Positions 25,658-38,830 are shown, counted from the stretch's first letter. The stretch: DNA of 64,000 bases from Octopus sinensis (GCF_006345805.1 NC_043006.1:60326001-60390000); one strand, 5' to 3'. Translations and numbers: made by a program. The notes: generated by a model not told the origin, from the letters alone.

Positions 25658-26052
25658 GTAGCAGCAGCAGCAACAGCAATGACAAAACTGAAACAAAACA
25701 ACAGCAAGCATTCGATAATCGAAATTAATCTGTATCAGTCTTGTTGAATGTTAAAAAGATGAGGATAGTAACGATGATGATGGCGATGATGACGATGATA
25801 ATGCAATGAAGATGATATTGATTATGATGATGAAGCTATTGATGCTGCTGCTGCTGATGACTTGCTTAACTCACTTCCTATGTCTCTCTCTCTCTCTCTC
25901 TCTTCTCTCTCGCACACACGCGCACACATATCACACATATATATGCATGTATAAGAATACATAATACACACATACACACACATTATATATATATATGTAT
26001 ATATGTGTGTAGAAATATATATATATATATATATGTATATACGTACGTAGAC

Positions 26053-26106
<54 letters not shown>

Positions 26107-26496
26107 TACATACGCACACATATATATATACATATTTTTTCTCGGCATTATCTACCTTTCAACTAAAACTTTCGTTACGCGTTTTTTTTTCTTCTTCTGC
26201 CACATAACACAACTCGGTTTCCTAGTTCATTAATGTTAAGGACGTGATAATTCTTGTTCTATTTTTATATATATTTATTTTGCCTGTTTTCTTTATTATG
26301 TGCTCTTTTTTGCTGCCTGCACTGATTCTTTTTATCTTTTTATAATTTACTCTTAAACGCGATGTTACTTCAATAGAGATAATTATTATAAAATGTCAAG
26401 CTGTTTTTTTTTGTGCAGTATAAGCTAGAGGTGGAGAGACGAAGTGATGAGGAGAAAAAAACTTCAGAAAAAAAGGGAGATGAATGAAACCGAGAG

Positions 26497-26533
<37 letters not shown>

Positions 26534-28129
26534 GAGGGGTAGAGATAGAGAATGAAGATCAGCAATTAAAATGTAAATAAAAGCCTGTCTTCAAAAGCAA
26601 TTTCTTGCCAGTTTAGCGCTTTTCATTATTTTTACTATCGTCGTCAGAATTATCGTCACCATGAAATTCAATATCATTATGTAATGATCACAACTAACCT
26701 ACTAATCCTAATTATCATTACCATAATTATAATTATAGCCACCACCAACACCACCATCAACGTCATCACTATTACAACATCGCCACTATCGCCACAACCA
26801 TCATAACTAGTAAAAAAAGGTAAAGTTACCTTTTCGAGTTATGCCGACTCGTAAGGGCCAGTTTCCTGGTTTCACGGCGTAAGTATTTCCTACCTGGACG
26901 GGACGCCGATCTGTCTCAGGATTACTCATTTTTGTCAACTGGGTGAACTGGAGCAACGTAAAAGGAAGTGTTTTGCTCAAGAACACAATGCGTTGCCCGG
27001 TCCAGGAATTGGAACCACAGTCTTACGATTGTGGGTCCAACACCCTAACCACTAAGCTACGCGCCTCCACAATCAGAACCATTACAACAACCCCTTTCAA
27101 TATTATCCTCACTGCAATAAGCAACAACCTTCCCATTGTTATTACAACCGCTACGATGATGATGAATGACTAACAATACAGCTTCCATTTTAGCCCTTAA
27201 TATCCACACTATTTCTTCCATCATCATCATCATCATCATCATTATTGTCATCTTCAATATCAATAAAATCAAGATAGTTACGTCCACAGCTACAGCCACT
27301 GCCACAACAACAACTATTACCAACTTCACAACACAACCACTATTATTGTGACAAAACCATGGTCGCCATTCTCTATCACCATCAAGACACATCACCAACA
27401 TTCTATCTCACTACCATCACCACTGTCATCACTATTATTAAAGCCATCATTGTTATTCTCACCAGCTTTATTTGTGAACCAAATATTTATCCGTCAAGAG
27501 ATTTTTTGTCACGAATATATGGGAACATGTTACTTTATTTCTTGTTCGAGCGCTTATATTGCACACTCTTCCGGATATGGTGCTTGGTTACTGAATGCTA
27601 GCACCGGATCATTACGTGCAGATGGTGTGTTTCACTCCAAATTCGGTTATATAGACGTATTACTCGATCACCTCTTTATTTTATTGGCGAGGAAGATTGA
27701 AAAACAAAGACGATCTGGGTGAAATTTGAATGTAGAACACAATATAACTAAATACTGTATGCTATTTCATTACGGGTTCCAAGATAACATCAACAGTGTT
27801 TGGCTGCAACAATCTAAACTAACGAAATGAACCAATCAAACACCCGCACTCTTACTTATGCTAGGAATTCGACCAATGTTCATGATGTTAGAATTTAGGA
27901 AAAGAAAGCTAACGCAGGCAACTTTGACGTGTGAATGGTGCAAGAGAGTATGCAATTAATTTAGGATTGAAAGAAATTTCATTTAATGTTAAAAAGAATA
28001 TATAGAGATGGTGGTCGTTTAATATCGAAAGTGAAACTTTTTAGCAGGTAAATAAATGTCGAAAATAGAATACCCATTAAGTAACTTGAAACTTAAGCTT
28101 AAAATAGGCACGTATCTAACAATTGTATA

Positions 28130-28560
28130 ATTCTGAACCTGACTTTTATCTGAAACAGTGGGGAATGTCAAACATACACGAACTCAGTGATTACCAAGCT
28201 GTATATGAAAAAAACAAAGTAATTCATTCAATATAATCTCGAAAATCTACACGACAATTTACATAAGCAAATGTCAAATATTTCCCAGCATGATGCATCT
28301 TTCGACAGACGATGAATGCATTTAACAATGTGCTAAGAGCAAGTGGTTTAAAGGAGGCAGCTGAAGGATAACAGGCAAATTAAATCTAAAAAAGGAACTT
28401 GTAACAAGAAAATTCTGTGAATTATCCTCCGGTTTTGATTTAATGTAAGAACAAAAATAAGCAAAGTCTTTATCCATCAAGTAAGAAAATAATTTCTGCG
28501 GATCATGATTATAGGAAGATATTGAAACATTATCAGTAAATATTGAAACATTATTAGTAC
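28130..28560 (+). mobile_element. Degenerate Penelope-like RT thumb remnant
   Basis: Fragmentary NNVLRASGLKE...KIL...PPVLI-NVRTKISKVF resembles the AL..SG...IWFNPP...NV.TNIGK.F thumb motif. Confidence 0.5.
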
Positions 28561-28609
28561 TACATACTTAACGCCTGTTAATTTAAAAGCGAGAAGCAGC
28601 GATCTGCGC

Positions 28610-28962
28610 CCGGAAAAAAATCTCTTTAAAGAGTTATTGTGTCAAAAGACCCCAGTATACTTCAGATCTAGGAGAAACGAAATCGGCCTAAAAGTGGTCG
28701 CTAGAGTAGTAGATACCGTATTTCGCCGTAATGGCGGTGTATCAATGCTGCGCGTTCACGTCACCTCTGAGACGAAATCGAAAGCTCCAGTCTGATTTCG
28801 TTTAAGAGACAGCACGAGTGCACGGCATTATTAAGCCGCAAGTAACGCAAAATACGGTATCTGCCATTCTCGTGAGCACTTCTGGGGTGATTTCATTTCA
28901 CCGAGCTCTTAAGTATAGTACGTTTCTTTAAAATTAAACGTCTTTAAAGAGATTTTTCCTGG
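28610..28962. mobile_element. Fold-back / MITE-like element with nested inverted repeats
   Basis: ccggaaaaaaatctctttaaaga / tctttaaagagatttttcctgg; agataccgtattt (28711) / aaatacggtatct (28850); acgaaatc / gatttcgt in the centre. Confidence 0.65.
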
Positions 28963-31511
28963 ATAAAAACTGCAGTTTAACGTATGTGTAAACAACATAC
29001 ATACGCCAAGTATGCATTACTAGTAATGTTTGCATCATAGAGCTATTTTTATTGATTGATCTTAAAAGTATTTAACATAAAGTCACACAAAATAAGCTAT
29101 TTTAGAACAGCAAATTTTGTGAATTCAGTAACTTCTGCGAAAAATGACATAATTTAATTTGTAATATTTGTCTGTCAATTTTGTTAGAAATACTATAAAT
29201 AAAATAAACGAATCTATAATAGCTTATATGTTTGACTTCATTCGATATTTCATTTGTTAGTTTTCTTTTGAATGATATAACTGTTGCTTGTATAATCGAT
29301 TATGTCTTCGATTCCAATAAAGCGTTACACATGTAAACTGTAGCACTCAATGTAACTTTTATTTATAAATGAAAAGAAATCTAATTAACTAGTAACTGTA
29401 TATAGAACACAACATAAAAATTGAATTAAGTATTTATGAGAGTAGATTAAATATTTAAGTAGATTTAAGAATTCAAGTTAAACATTTGTTTGTTAAAAGG
29501 TTACAAGTACTTCGATGTGTTGGCAAGCAAGTCTTTTCTGTGTCTGTCATGTAAAACACGTTTTGAATGTTGAAAATCGGTGTTGTTTGAAGAATAGAAT
29601 TATCGATGAAAATTAACGATAAAGATTCCATAAGAATGACAAGAGTGAAGTTGTGTTCAGTATTATGAGGCAGATTTATTTTAAAGTATGTACGCTTTGT
29701 TTTTATTAATCCCTTTGTGCACCATACCAAGTATTAGGTGGTTTTCACGAAAATTAATCGGTACAATTCTTTTGAGTGTATTCTAGTCTGGCACATTAGT
29801 AATTGTTTTGAAAATGCCTGCATCTAGATGTTAGAACAGTTTTTCCTAAAGCCAGAGGTTTAATGCGAATAGCAGTAAATCTGGCGCTGCATTTAGATTA
29901 GTAGCTATTTACACACCGACAAAGCCATAAACAATTAGCAATTTTTAGACGCACACACATTCCCAGTAACAAATAATTAGACTCTACTACATTTTGAAGT
30001 CGCGAACTAGCACACACACACACACATACACACACACACACATACACACACACATCTTTTATCACGTTTTAAAATGAATGTTCATTGATATTTATATTTC
30101 CACTGGAAGGCGAGATGATTGAATTATCAGAGTTGGACAAAATACTTCGTGGCATTTTTACTGGCGCTTTATATTCTGAGCTGAGCTTCTGCCGAGGTTA
30201 ACTCTGAATATTATCCCTTCGAGGTCGATAAAATAAAGTATCAGTTAAGTACTGGTGTCGAAGTAATCGACTAACATGCCTCTCCAAAAAATATTCCCGG
30301 CCTTGTAACTAAATCTAAAGTAATATTAATGTGTACTTAAATTGTTTGGGCGACGATGTGACTAGCTAAAGCATCGGAAAAAAATGTTTTGCCGTATTTG
30401 TTCTAGCTCTTTACGTTTCGAGTTCAAATCTCTCCGAGATCAAATTTGTCTCTCTGTGGTTGATAAAATAAAGTCCACATGTAATGTAGGGTTAGTGCAG
30501 GACTAACCCCTACCCTCAGAATTGCTGTCCCTGATCATTATTCAGAAACCAATATTGACATATCCTTACACTTAGACATATACTAAAAATGTAACTTTAA
30601 TTTGTGAACTTTTTATTTAATGAATATACAGTAATTACTTGTGAATACATATTTGAAATTTCATGTGAGCAATACTCTGACAATTTTAAGACTGTTACAA
30701 TGTACGAATACTACGCTCCACCATGTGTAGTACTGGTGGAAAATATATCTTATGAATAAATTATATATTCGCAGAACCTCCGTTCACACTTGGTTTTATT
30801 ATACAAAATTTGTGTTTTAAAGTGATCCAGATTGAAAATCTTTCTTCAAACCTGCATCTTAATTTATGTTCCAAACACCAAATTAAAGACAGTCATTTTA
30901 CTAATACTTCATAATTTTAAAAATTAATTTAAAATGGTAGTTTTGACTAAGTGGTTAAGGAGTTTATTTTTGCAACCATATGGTTTTAAGTTCAGCCCCA
31001 TTGCAAGTGTTTTCTACAATAGTGTTTTCTACAATGCTTTGTTATAGGATTCGGTACACGGAAGCTGTGAGGAAGCCCATGGGAAAAATATGTGTGTTAG
31101 TGTGTCTTTGTGATTGTGTTTGTTCATCAAAACCATCGCCTGAAAACCCCGTATTGGTTTGTTTATGTCACCTTAACTTAGCTATTCGACCAAAGGGCCC
31201 AGATGAAATATATACCAACCTTATAAAAAGAACTAAATGAGTACTCCAGTGGATGATAACGAAAGAGTCATATTTTTGCAAATACTAAACGACATGGGTG
31301 TATCTTAGTAAACTGATGGTTTATGGTTTACGATAGCCGGTAATTTTTTTGCTAGTTTATTTTGTCTTTTTGTCATCTCTCCTGATGCTATATGAACTTT
31401 TAATGTGGTTTTAGAGTCAAGTTTTGGCTACTATTTCAAGCGTGGTGGTATCTCTTAGATACGCTAAATTATAATTTTAATAATAATTATTACCATTGAA
31501 AATTCTTATTC

Positions 31512-31576
<65 letters not shown>

Positions 31577-31639
31577 CGAGAAAGGCAACCACGCCTGCGT
31601 CTTATATACATATATATATATTGTTGTGTCTGGGGAGAG

Positions 31640-32510
31640 CCATACTGCCTTAATAACTACTACACTCACCGGTTCAAATTCCACTCATTTCGGGTGCTTG
31701 GATGAAATGCGGCTGTCAATTCGGCCCAGTGTGTCTCAATGTTGGTCTTTGGCATGCTGATAGAGTATGGAGGACTGTTTCTTGTCATCATATTGCCTCC
31801 AGTGTACATTAAATCTTTCCACTTTACTTCTAGAGGTCTCTGCAATGTATGCTGTGTTTTAGTCCTTACAAGTACGCCTTCAGTGTACCTTATGCTGTAG
31901 AATACATTTCTAGTTTGACAGTAAACGCCAGGGTTAATCTTACACACTACGCAGTTTTCATTAGCGCATGTGGTATTTTCGAAGGGGTGCGTCCTCCATA
32001 ACTGGGATTTGATGGGGCTCCCTGGCTTCTCAACGATCTTAATGTTGAGTTTTGTTTCCTTCAGAGCCTTCCTAAATCTATGGGCTAATTCCCCATGAGG
32101 TGTGACATCTACAAACATCACCTTGATATTTGTCAGCCCTCTACCACGTGTTCACTCTGTTTGCTTTGTCGCAAATCCTCTGTATACTATCCCATGTTTT
32201 ACCTATGTATCTAAGGAGAGTACCCCTGACTTCATTAAATATGATGTTATCTAATTTATTTCTAGCTCCTCCGTATATACGAATCGTCTTTCTGGTCATA
32301 TCGAGAGAATTGCATGCAGTGCATGTTCTGTATGTTTCCTTGTGTCATAGGGTTCGCATAGGAGAGACACGTTATTCCTTATCCTAACTATGCCTGCTAT
32401 CAGTATGATAATTTTCATATTGTGTGAGAAGGCTGAGTTCTTGCGAGCAACGTATTTACAAGCTATGGGTTTCACGTAATAGGACTGGAGGAGCCGCACT
32501 CTGTTGTTTA
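31640..32510 (-). mobile_element. Degenerate Penelope-like element of a second lineage (thumb and Cys-rich linker)
   Basis: YYVKPIACKYVARKNSAF...LIAGIVRIRNNVS; MFVDVTPHGELAHRF...IKIVEKPG...CANENCVVC...CQTRNVFYSI. Confidence 0.75.
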
Positions 32511-32769
32511 CAATGTGTAACCAAAGTTTAGTATCAAGGACAGGGAGTCTATTGTTAGGGTGCCTAGTGGGGGTAATCTATAGTTACCTTGATATATTTG
32601 GTCGCTGCAGTTAGCTACGTGCTGGATGATCTCCATTATGCTCCTCTCAGTTTTCTTCAGTTTAGTTACAGTCACGAAACTTGTTTCAACGCACGAATTC
32701 ATAAAAAGAATCTTGCAAACCAGAATACGAAGTATATATATACATCTCTCTCTCTCTCTCTCACTATAT

Positions 32770-32844
<75 letters not shown>

Positions 32845-32851
32845 TATATAC

Positions 32852-32896
<45 letters not shown>

Positions 32897-32930
32897 TACA
32901 CACACATATATATATATATACATATATATA

Positions 32931-33682
32931 ACCGGCCGAAACTGTGAGGATGATCTGGAAACTTGACTAATGAAGGAAGGTTACGAATGATCTGTCCTTT
33001 TTTCCCGTTGTTACATTTTTTTTATTTATATATACATATAGCGACCTCGTACGTACACTTTTGTTCACTTTGTAAGTATGTATCTAAATTCTGTACGACT
33101 CTTTTACTCTTTCTTTTAATCCCCCTTATACTTTCTTCTTTCTTTCCCCCTTTTTTTTTCTCGCTTCCCCTCTCTCACATTTCTTGACCTTCTCTTTCTT
33201 TAATCTCACTACTTTCCCTCCTTTGTACCTTTCTCTATGTCCCTTTGAGTTCTTCCCCTAATTCTTCAATCCCTCTAGCCCCCATCTCTCTCCTTTCCTT
33301 CTACGTGACCGGTGTTCGGCCAAGCATAATCTTTCTTTCTTGCCTCGACTGCAGGCCGCGAAGCATCTCTTATATTCCTGTCTCATAACTTTCGTCCCTT
33401 ATGTTCAACTCCTATGTTCCTGCTTCAAAGCTCTCACTCTACACACGCCAGCTCAACGTGACTCGTATTTATTGCCCAAAAGACATCTGTTGTTATTTCT
33501 TGTTGTTTGTATTTGTAACTGTGTAACATTTTCTCCGTTTTTTTTGCCTTTATTGTCGCACAAATTCGCTCGCTTTCTCCACCAAAATTAAATGCTCTTG
33601 AGCCAGACAGATTTGAACAGTCTCAAATATAACCGACCGAAACTGTAAGCGTGATCTGGAAATTTGATTGGTGAGAGAAGGC
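32931..33682 (+). mobile_element. Non-coding pseudo-LTR-like element with ~55-bp terminal direct repeats and a pyrimidine-rich interior
   Basis: accg(g/a)ccgaaactgt...gatctggaaa(c/t)ttga at 32931 and ~33632; related start agccgaaattgcgaggatgatc at 38201. Confidence 0.55.
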
Positions 33683-36498
33683 TGTATTTTTGGGGGGCGA
33701 GACAAAAACTACCTAGAAGCATGTATGTGTGTACTGGCCTATGTGTGCGCGGCCGTATGTTGGTAAAAGGCGCTACATAATGGTCACTGCTGAAAAATTC
33801 GTCAGGCGACAGAAAATTTTTTGGTGTTCGTGTGTTCGTCTAGGCCTGCTTGTCAAAATTTAACGTCGTCAAAGAATCCTAAGGGTATATAAAATTCCAG
33901 CGTTTGCTTCCAAAAACAAACCACCATTCGCCTAATGGGAGTAATTTCCCCTTGCAAGGGTTATTCATATATTTCTTAAAAAGCTTATTCAAAAATTATT
34001 TCCAAGGATTATTTTCATTTTAGTAGGGTAACAAGGTGCTAATTGTCTTAGCTATCATTTATAAGCAAGATAAGTGTAACGCCGCCAATGGGGACATCGA
34101 AAAGCCGACTGTAAAAGTCCGTTTACCAACCGGTCTCTGGCGAACAAAATGTGGAAAAGCTCAGAGACACAAAGATTGCACTTCCTTCTGCCCCTATCAA
34201 ATGGGAGGGCCACCGACAAAATCGACCATTCCAGCCTGAAACCTGAGTTCGCGTTCTTCAAACCCCATATAAGCTTGCTAAGTCCCGTAGCTTGGTATTT
34301 ATTCACGTCGCGAAAAGTTGCGAAATGGTTGGAAATTCGCAAGGCCAATTTTGACGATGAGGCCCCGACATACGAGTAGACATTTGAATCCGTGTAAACC
34401 TTACATTGGTAAATGGCATTTCTCTACGAATTGTCCGACCAATTCCCGGATATCGCGGGCGGCCTGTATCGGGACGATTGTCTGTTTTACCTGCAAAACA
34501 CCACGAACAGAATCGTACAGAAAACTAAGAATAGGTTAGCTAGGTTTTTTAATAGAATGGGCATGAATATAGTTTTTGATAATGAACTCACCAAGGCTAA
34601 TTTCCTAGACGTTACACTAAACCTCCATAGCGATTCATACTGCCCTTACCATAAGCCTTCCACTAATTTGAAGTATGTCAGTGTCTTCTCCAATCATGCC
34701 AAAACCGTAACAGACAATTTGGTTAAAAACATCTCTCTAAGATTGTCTAACTTGTCCGCTAGTGCCGACATTTTTATGCAGAAAGCGGAATTTCATAACG
34801 CCGCACTATCCAAAGCCGGTTATAGGCAGAAGGTAGTATATATTGATCCAGCCCTTCCGATTCCACCATTCGGTCATCAGGATAGGGCCGTCTATAATAA
34901 CATAAATAATTTAAGTAGTGACGGGAGCGCGGGGAGTGTTAGAGCAGGTACTTCCGGATTTAAGTTAGGGAACAAAGATAATTATCGGTCCGGGGGAGTT
35001 CACACTAAACCTAAACCCGTTATTCATCCTATAATCACCCACCCTAATGTTAGAGCTGGCTTCCCGACCCATCACATAAATAGGAATAAGCATATATGGT
35101 TTGTAATTCCCTTTGGTAAGCAGATTAGAACTAACCTTCCCCTCCTGTTTCGACAAGCCATCGCCAGTAACTTCCCCAGAAATTCCAAATATTACTCCAC
35201 GGTTAATTCGCATAAAGTTAGGATAGCTTTCTCCAACACAAAAAAACTTTCTCAGATAATCGCCTCCCATAATAATAGGCTGCTTATTAAGACCCTACCA
35301 CCTTTGTCCGGAGGCGCAGCTCCGTCCTCTCCCAGTTTAACGCTCAGTAGGAATAATAATAGTAGTAATAATGATAAGAGAGCCAGTACAGTGACTGATA
35401 ATCTCAGTACCAACCAGGGATTAAGTACTAGATGTAGCGATAGAAGAAATGGTGATGTCATTAACGTTAGTAATGGCAATAGTGAGGTGAGCGCAGCTCG
35501 GGTCATTAATTTAGAGAGTCCTAATAGCAACTCCAGCATCGTTTCCGGCAATAGCAGGCCCACGGACACTAGCAATTACAGCGCTCTCAGTGATAGGGAA
35601 GACTCAGGGGTTAGTCCGTTAATTAATAGTGAATTTGAGGAATATAAAGTAGTAAGCGGCCGCAGTTCTCGCAATCAATATAGTAACAGTAACGCAGTTC
35701 TAATTTCAGAAGCTAATCCCAATAGAATAAGGTCCTTGTCGAGTAACTCCAAGATCAGAAATGCCATTTACCAATGTAAGGTTTACACGGATTCAGATGT
35801 CTACTCGTATGTCGGGGTCTCATCGTCAAAATTGGCCTTGCGAATTTCCAACCATTTCGCAACTTTTCGCGACGTGAATAAATACCAAGCTACGGGACTT
35901 AGCAAGCTTATATGGGGTTTGAAGAACGCGAACTCAGGTTTCAGGCTGGAATGGTCGATTTTGTCGGTGGCCCTCCCATTTGATAGGGGCAGAAGGAAGT
36001 GCAATCTTTGTGTCTCTGAGCTTTTCCACATTTTGTTCGCCAGAGACCGGTTGGTAAACGGACTTTTACAGTCGGCTTTTCGATGTCCCCATTGGCGGCG
36101 TTATACTTATCTTGCTTATAAATGATAGCTAAGACAATTAGCACCTTGTTACCCTACTAAAATGAAAATAATCCTTGGAAATAATTTTTGAATAAGCTTT
36201 TTAAGAAATATATGAATAACCCTTGCAAGGGGAAATTACTCCCATTAGGCGAATAGTGGTTTGTTTTTGGAAGCAAACGCTGGAATTTTATATACCCTTA
36301 GGATTCTTTGACGACGTTAATTTTTTGATAAGCAGGCCTAGACGAACACACGAACACCAAAAAATTTTCTGCCGCCTGACGAATTTTTCAGCAGTGACCA
36401 TTATGTAGCGCCTTTTACCAACATACGGCCGCGCACACATAGGCCAGTACACACATACATGCTTCTAGGTAGTTTTTGGCTCGCTCCCCAAAAATACA
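33683..36498 (+). mobile_element. Young Penelope-like element: inverted 3' arm (33683-34423), 5'-truncated body, 3' arm (35757-36498)
   Basis: 741/742-bp arms with only a few mismatches, mirrored in the ORF track (34055-34348 versus the C-terminus of 34413-36125). Confidence 0.92.
34413..36125 (+). CDS. PLE polyprotein C-terminal part: RT motif C onward, thumb, Ser/Asn-rich linker, GIY-YIG endonuclease (570 aa open)
   Basis: GGLYRDD, NFLDVTL, YCPYHKP...YVS..SNH, IWFVIPF, KVRIAFS, AIYQC...SYVG...RISNH, TGLSKLIWGLK, CNLC...CPH. Confidence 0.9.
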   Translation: MAFLYELSDQFPDIAGGLYRDDCLFYLQNTTNRIVQKTKNRLARFFNRMGMNIVFDNELTKANFLDVTLNLHSDSYCPYHKPSTNLKYVSVFSNHAKTVTDNLVKNISLRLSNLSASADIFMQKAEFHNAALSKAGYRQKVVYIDPALPIPPFGHQDRAVYNNINNLSSDGSAGSVRAGTSGFKLGNKDNYRSGGVHTKPKPVIHPIITHPNVRAGFPTHHINRNKHIWFVIPFGKQIRTNLPLLFRQAIASNFPRNSKYYSTVNSHKVRIAFSNTKKLSQIIASHNNRLLIKTLPPLSGGAAPSSPSLTLSRNNNSSNNDKRASTVTDNLSTNQGLSTRCSDRRNGDVINVSNGNSEVSAARVINLESPNSNSSIVSGNSRPTDTSNYSALSDREDSGVSPLINSEFEEYKVVSGRSSRNQYSNSNAVLISEANPNRIRSLSSNSKIRNAIYQCKVYTDSDVYSYVGVSSSKLALRISNHFATFRDVNKYQATGLSKLIWGLKNANSGFRLEWSILSVALPFDRGRRKCNLCVSELFHILFARDRLVNGLLQSAFRCPHWRRYTYLAYK

Positions 36499-37032
36499 CC
36501 CAGTATTCTTTAAATATTCAGAATTTTAGTTTTGGTCACACAGAACATCTCCACACCCCTTGCTCTCACCTACTGGATTTGACCGCCGCCTAACCTGTAA
36601 ATATCTTCAACGCACCCACCACCCGTTTTCAACGTACATTGATAATCAGTTCAGCCATGGGCTCTTAAAGAGCCTCCTCGTTCAAATTGCTTTGCTGCGC
36701 CTCTGTTCTGTTTTGTTCTGCCAACGGAATTCCTATTTTTTTCCTGAAGAGAAAGCCACAATATGGTATCCTTATTTAATCAGAATTTGGAAAATTGTGG
36801 CTTTTGAAACATGTGTAGAATGCAATAAAAGGAATTCTGTTCAATCTTCGTTCAACTCCATTTCTTCAATTCACTAATAATATTAAAATTCAATTATCCG
36901 CACCAACGCACGGTTGCAACACCAAATGGTTTTATCTCCAACCGTGCTTTCTTCTGCTGTGATTTTTGCTACCAAGGTATCGGTTAAACTTTTGATTAAT
37001 CTGCAACAAGATTATTCATCTTTCTATTTTAC

Positions 37033-37081
<49 letters not shown>

Positions 37082-37136
37082 CCGAGATGTACTTGCATAG
37101 CAAGTGACCTGATCTAAGATCCTGTGCTGGAATGAA

Positions 37137-37400
37137 AACAATTGCAGCGTGGAAGGTGGTTATAAGCCATTTAAGAAACACACGAAAACCGTTAGATTCA
37201 CTTCAACATTTAAATTTAATCTGCCAAAATATATTCGTCACTTTGTGACCGCGACCTGTTTACTGACAAAATTCCGTGCAGGTCGCGGTCTGAAAGCGAC
37301 GAAAATATTGTGGCAAATTAAATCTAAATGTTGAAGTGAATCTAACGGTTTTTGTGTGTTTCTTAAACGGCTTATAAACACCTTCCACGCTGGAATTGTT
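37137..37400. mobile_element. Fold-back element, ~120-bp arms with 20-nt spacer, in microsatellite
   Basis: aacaattgcagcgtggaagg...gaccgcgacctg / caggtcgcggtc...ccttccacgctggaattgtt. Confidence 0.75.
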
Positions 37401-37407
37401 TATACAT

Positions 37408-37487
<80 letters not shown>

Positions 37488-37493
37488 GAGAAA

Positions 37494-37531
<38 letters not shown>

Positions 37532-38154
37532 GAGAAAAGATTAGAGATCTATACAAATCAAATTTTTATATATAAAAGATAGAGGTCGAAATAGCGCAGA
37601 AGTAGATCTAAGACATTTCATTTTAAGAAGTAATTTAATAAAAATGCTTTTAAATATCATATAAAGAAAATATCGGGAACGGTTATGATGATTATTAGCA
37701 TCTTATCAAATATCAAACTTTATAAAAATTTGAAGTAAAAACAGTTTATCTTGTGTCTGGGGATCAAAAATGTCTGGAAAATTTTCGTTGAAGTCTTCTT
37801 TAAATATAGTTTGGTATTGAGTCCAAAGTGTTAGAGAGTAAGAGAGTACGTAGTTGTCTATTGTGAAAAGAAATGTTTGTGGGTTCCTGTGTCTTAAAAG
37901 CATTTATTGAATGGATTTTTTGTCTACCTGTATGTGTGTCTGCCTCTGTGTGTGTGTGTGTGTGTGTATGTGTGTGTGTGTATGTGTGTGTGCGTATGTA
38001 TTGTGTTGATTGTCTTTTCAATATGTTTGGAATGTGACCAGCTGTTTGTTGATTGGTGTGTATGTTTTGATGAATGTCTTGTTGAAGAAGAAATTAGGAT
38101 TTTCCTTTGGGTTAGGTGTAGTCTTTTGAGTATCCCCACCTGTGTGTATGTGTG

Positions 38155-38185
<31 letters not shown>

Positions 38186-38320
38186 GTGTGTATATATATC
38201 AGCCGAAATTGCGAGGATGATCCGGTTCTTGACTGAAGGCTGGTGGCTTCGAATGTCCCGTCCGTGTTTTTTGTATCGTCTTCGTAATGTTTTGTGTTCT
38301 TGTCCCAGTTTGTATTTTTT

Positions 38321-38358
<38 letters not shown>

Positions 38359-38362
38359 CACC

Positions 38363-38396
<34 letters not shown>

Positions 38397-38661
38397 CGGG
38401 TGACCAAGAAATAAACTGCAATACGTCAGTATGTGTACTTTTTTAATTTGCAGAATGTTACAAAAGTGACAGAGACCGAGAGTTTCGTCGTGCGACTTCT
38501 GTATCATTGAATCACTTTTGCGACTTTCTGTCGAATAAAAAATAACGATTTCTTGTACCCTTAATTTTTTTTAATACATACGTACAGCCATACATACATT
38601 CATACATTCACACACACATACATACAAACATGCATGCATAAATACATATGCATATACATAC

Positions 38662-38708
<47 letters not shown>

Positions 38709-38830
38709 ATAGAGGGCATTATTACACATAAATGCCTCACACTAAGAGGGACAAAGTCATTACTACCAAAATTATACTAATCATACCTAAATGCAGTTTT
38801 TCAAAGCAAGACATTTAAAAAATGAATTTA

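Noticed and set aside
29470-29960. Possible GPCR-like pseudogene
   Set aside because: Hydrophobic stretches only, many stops, no diagnostic motif.
36375-36400. CTGACGA in the young PLE arm
   Set aside because: No GAAA downstream within the arm.
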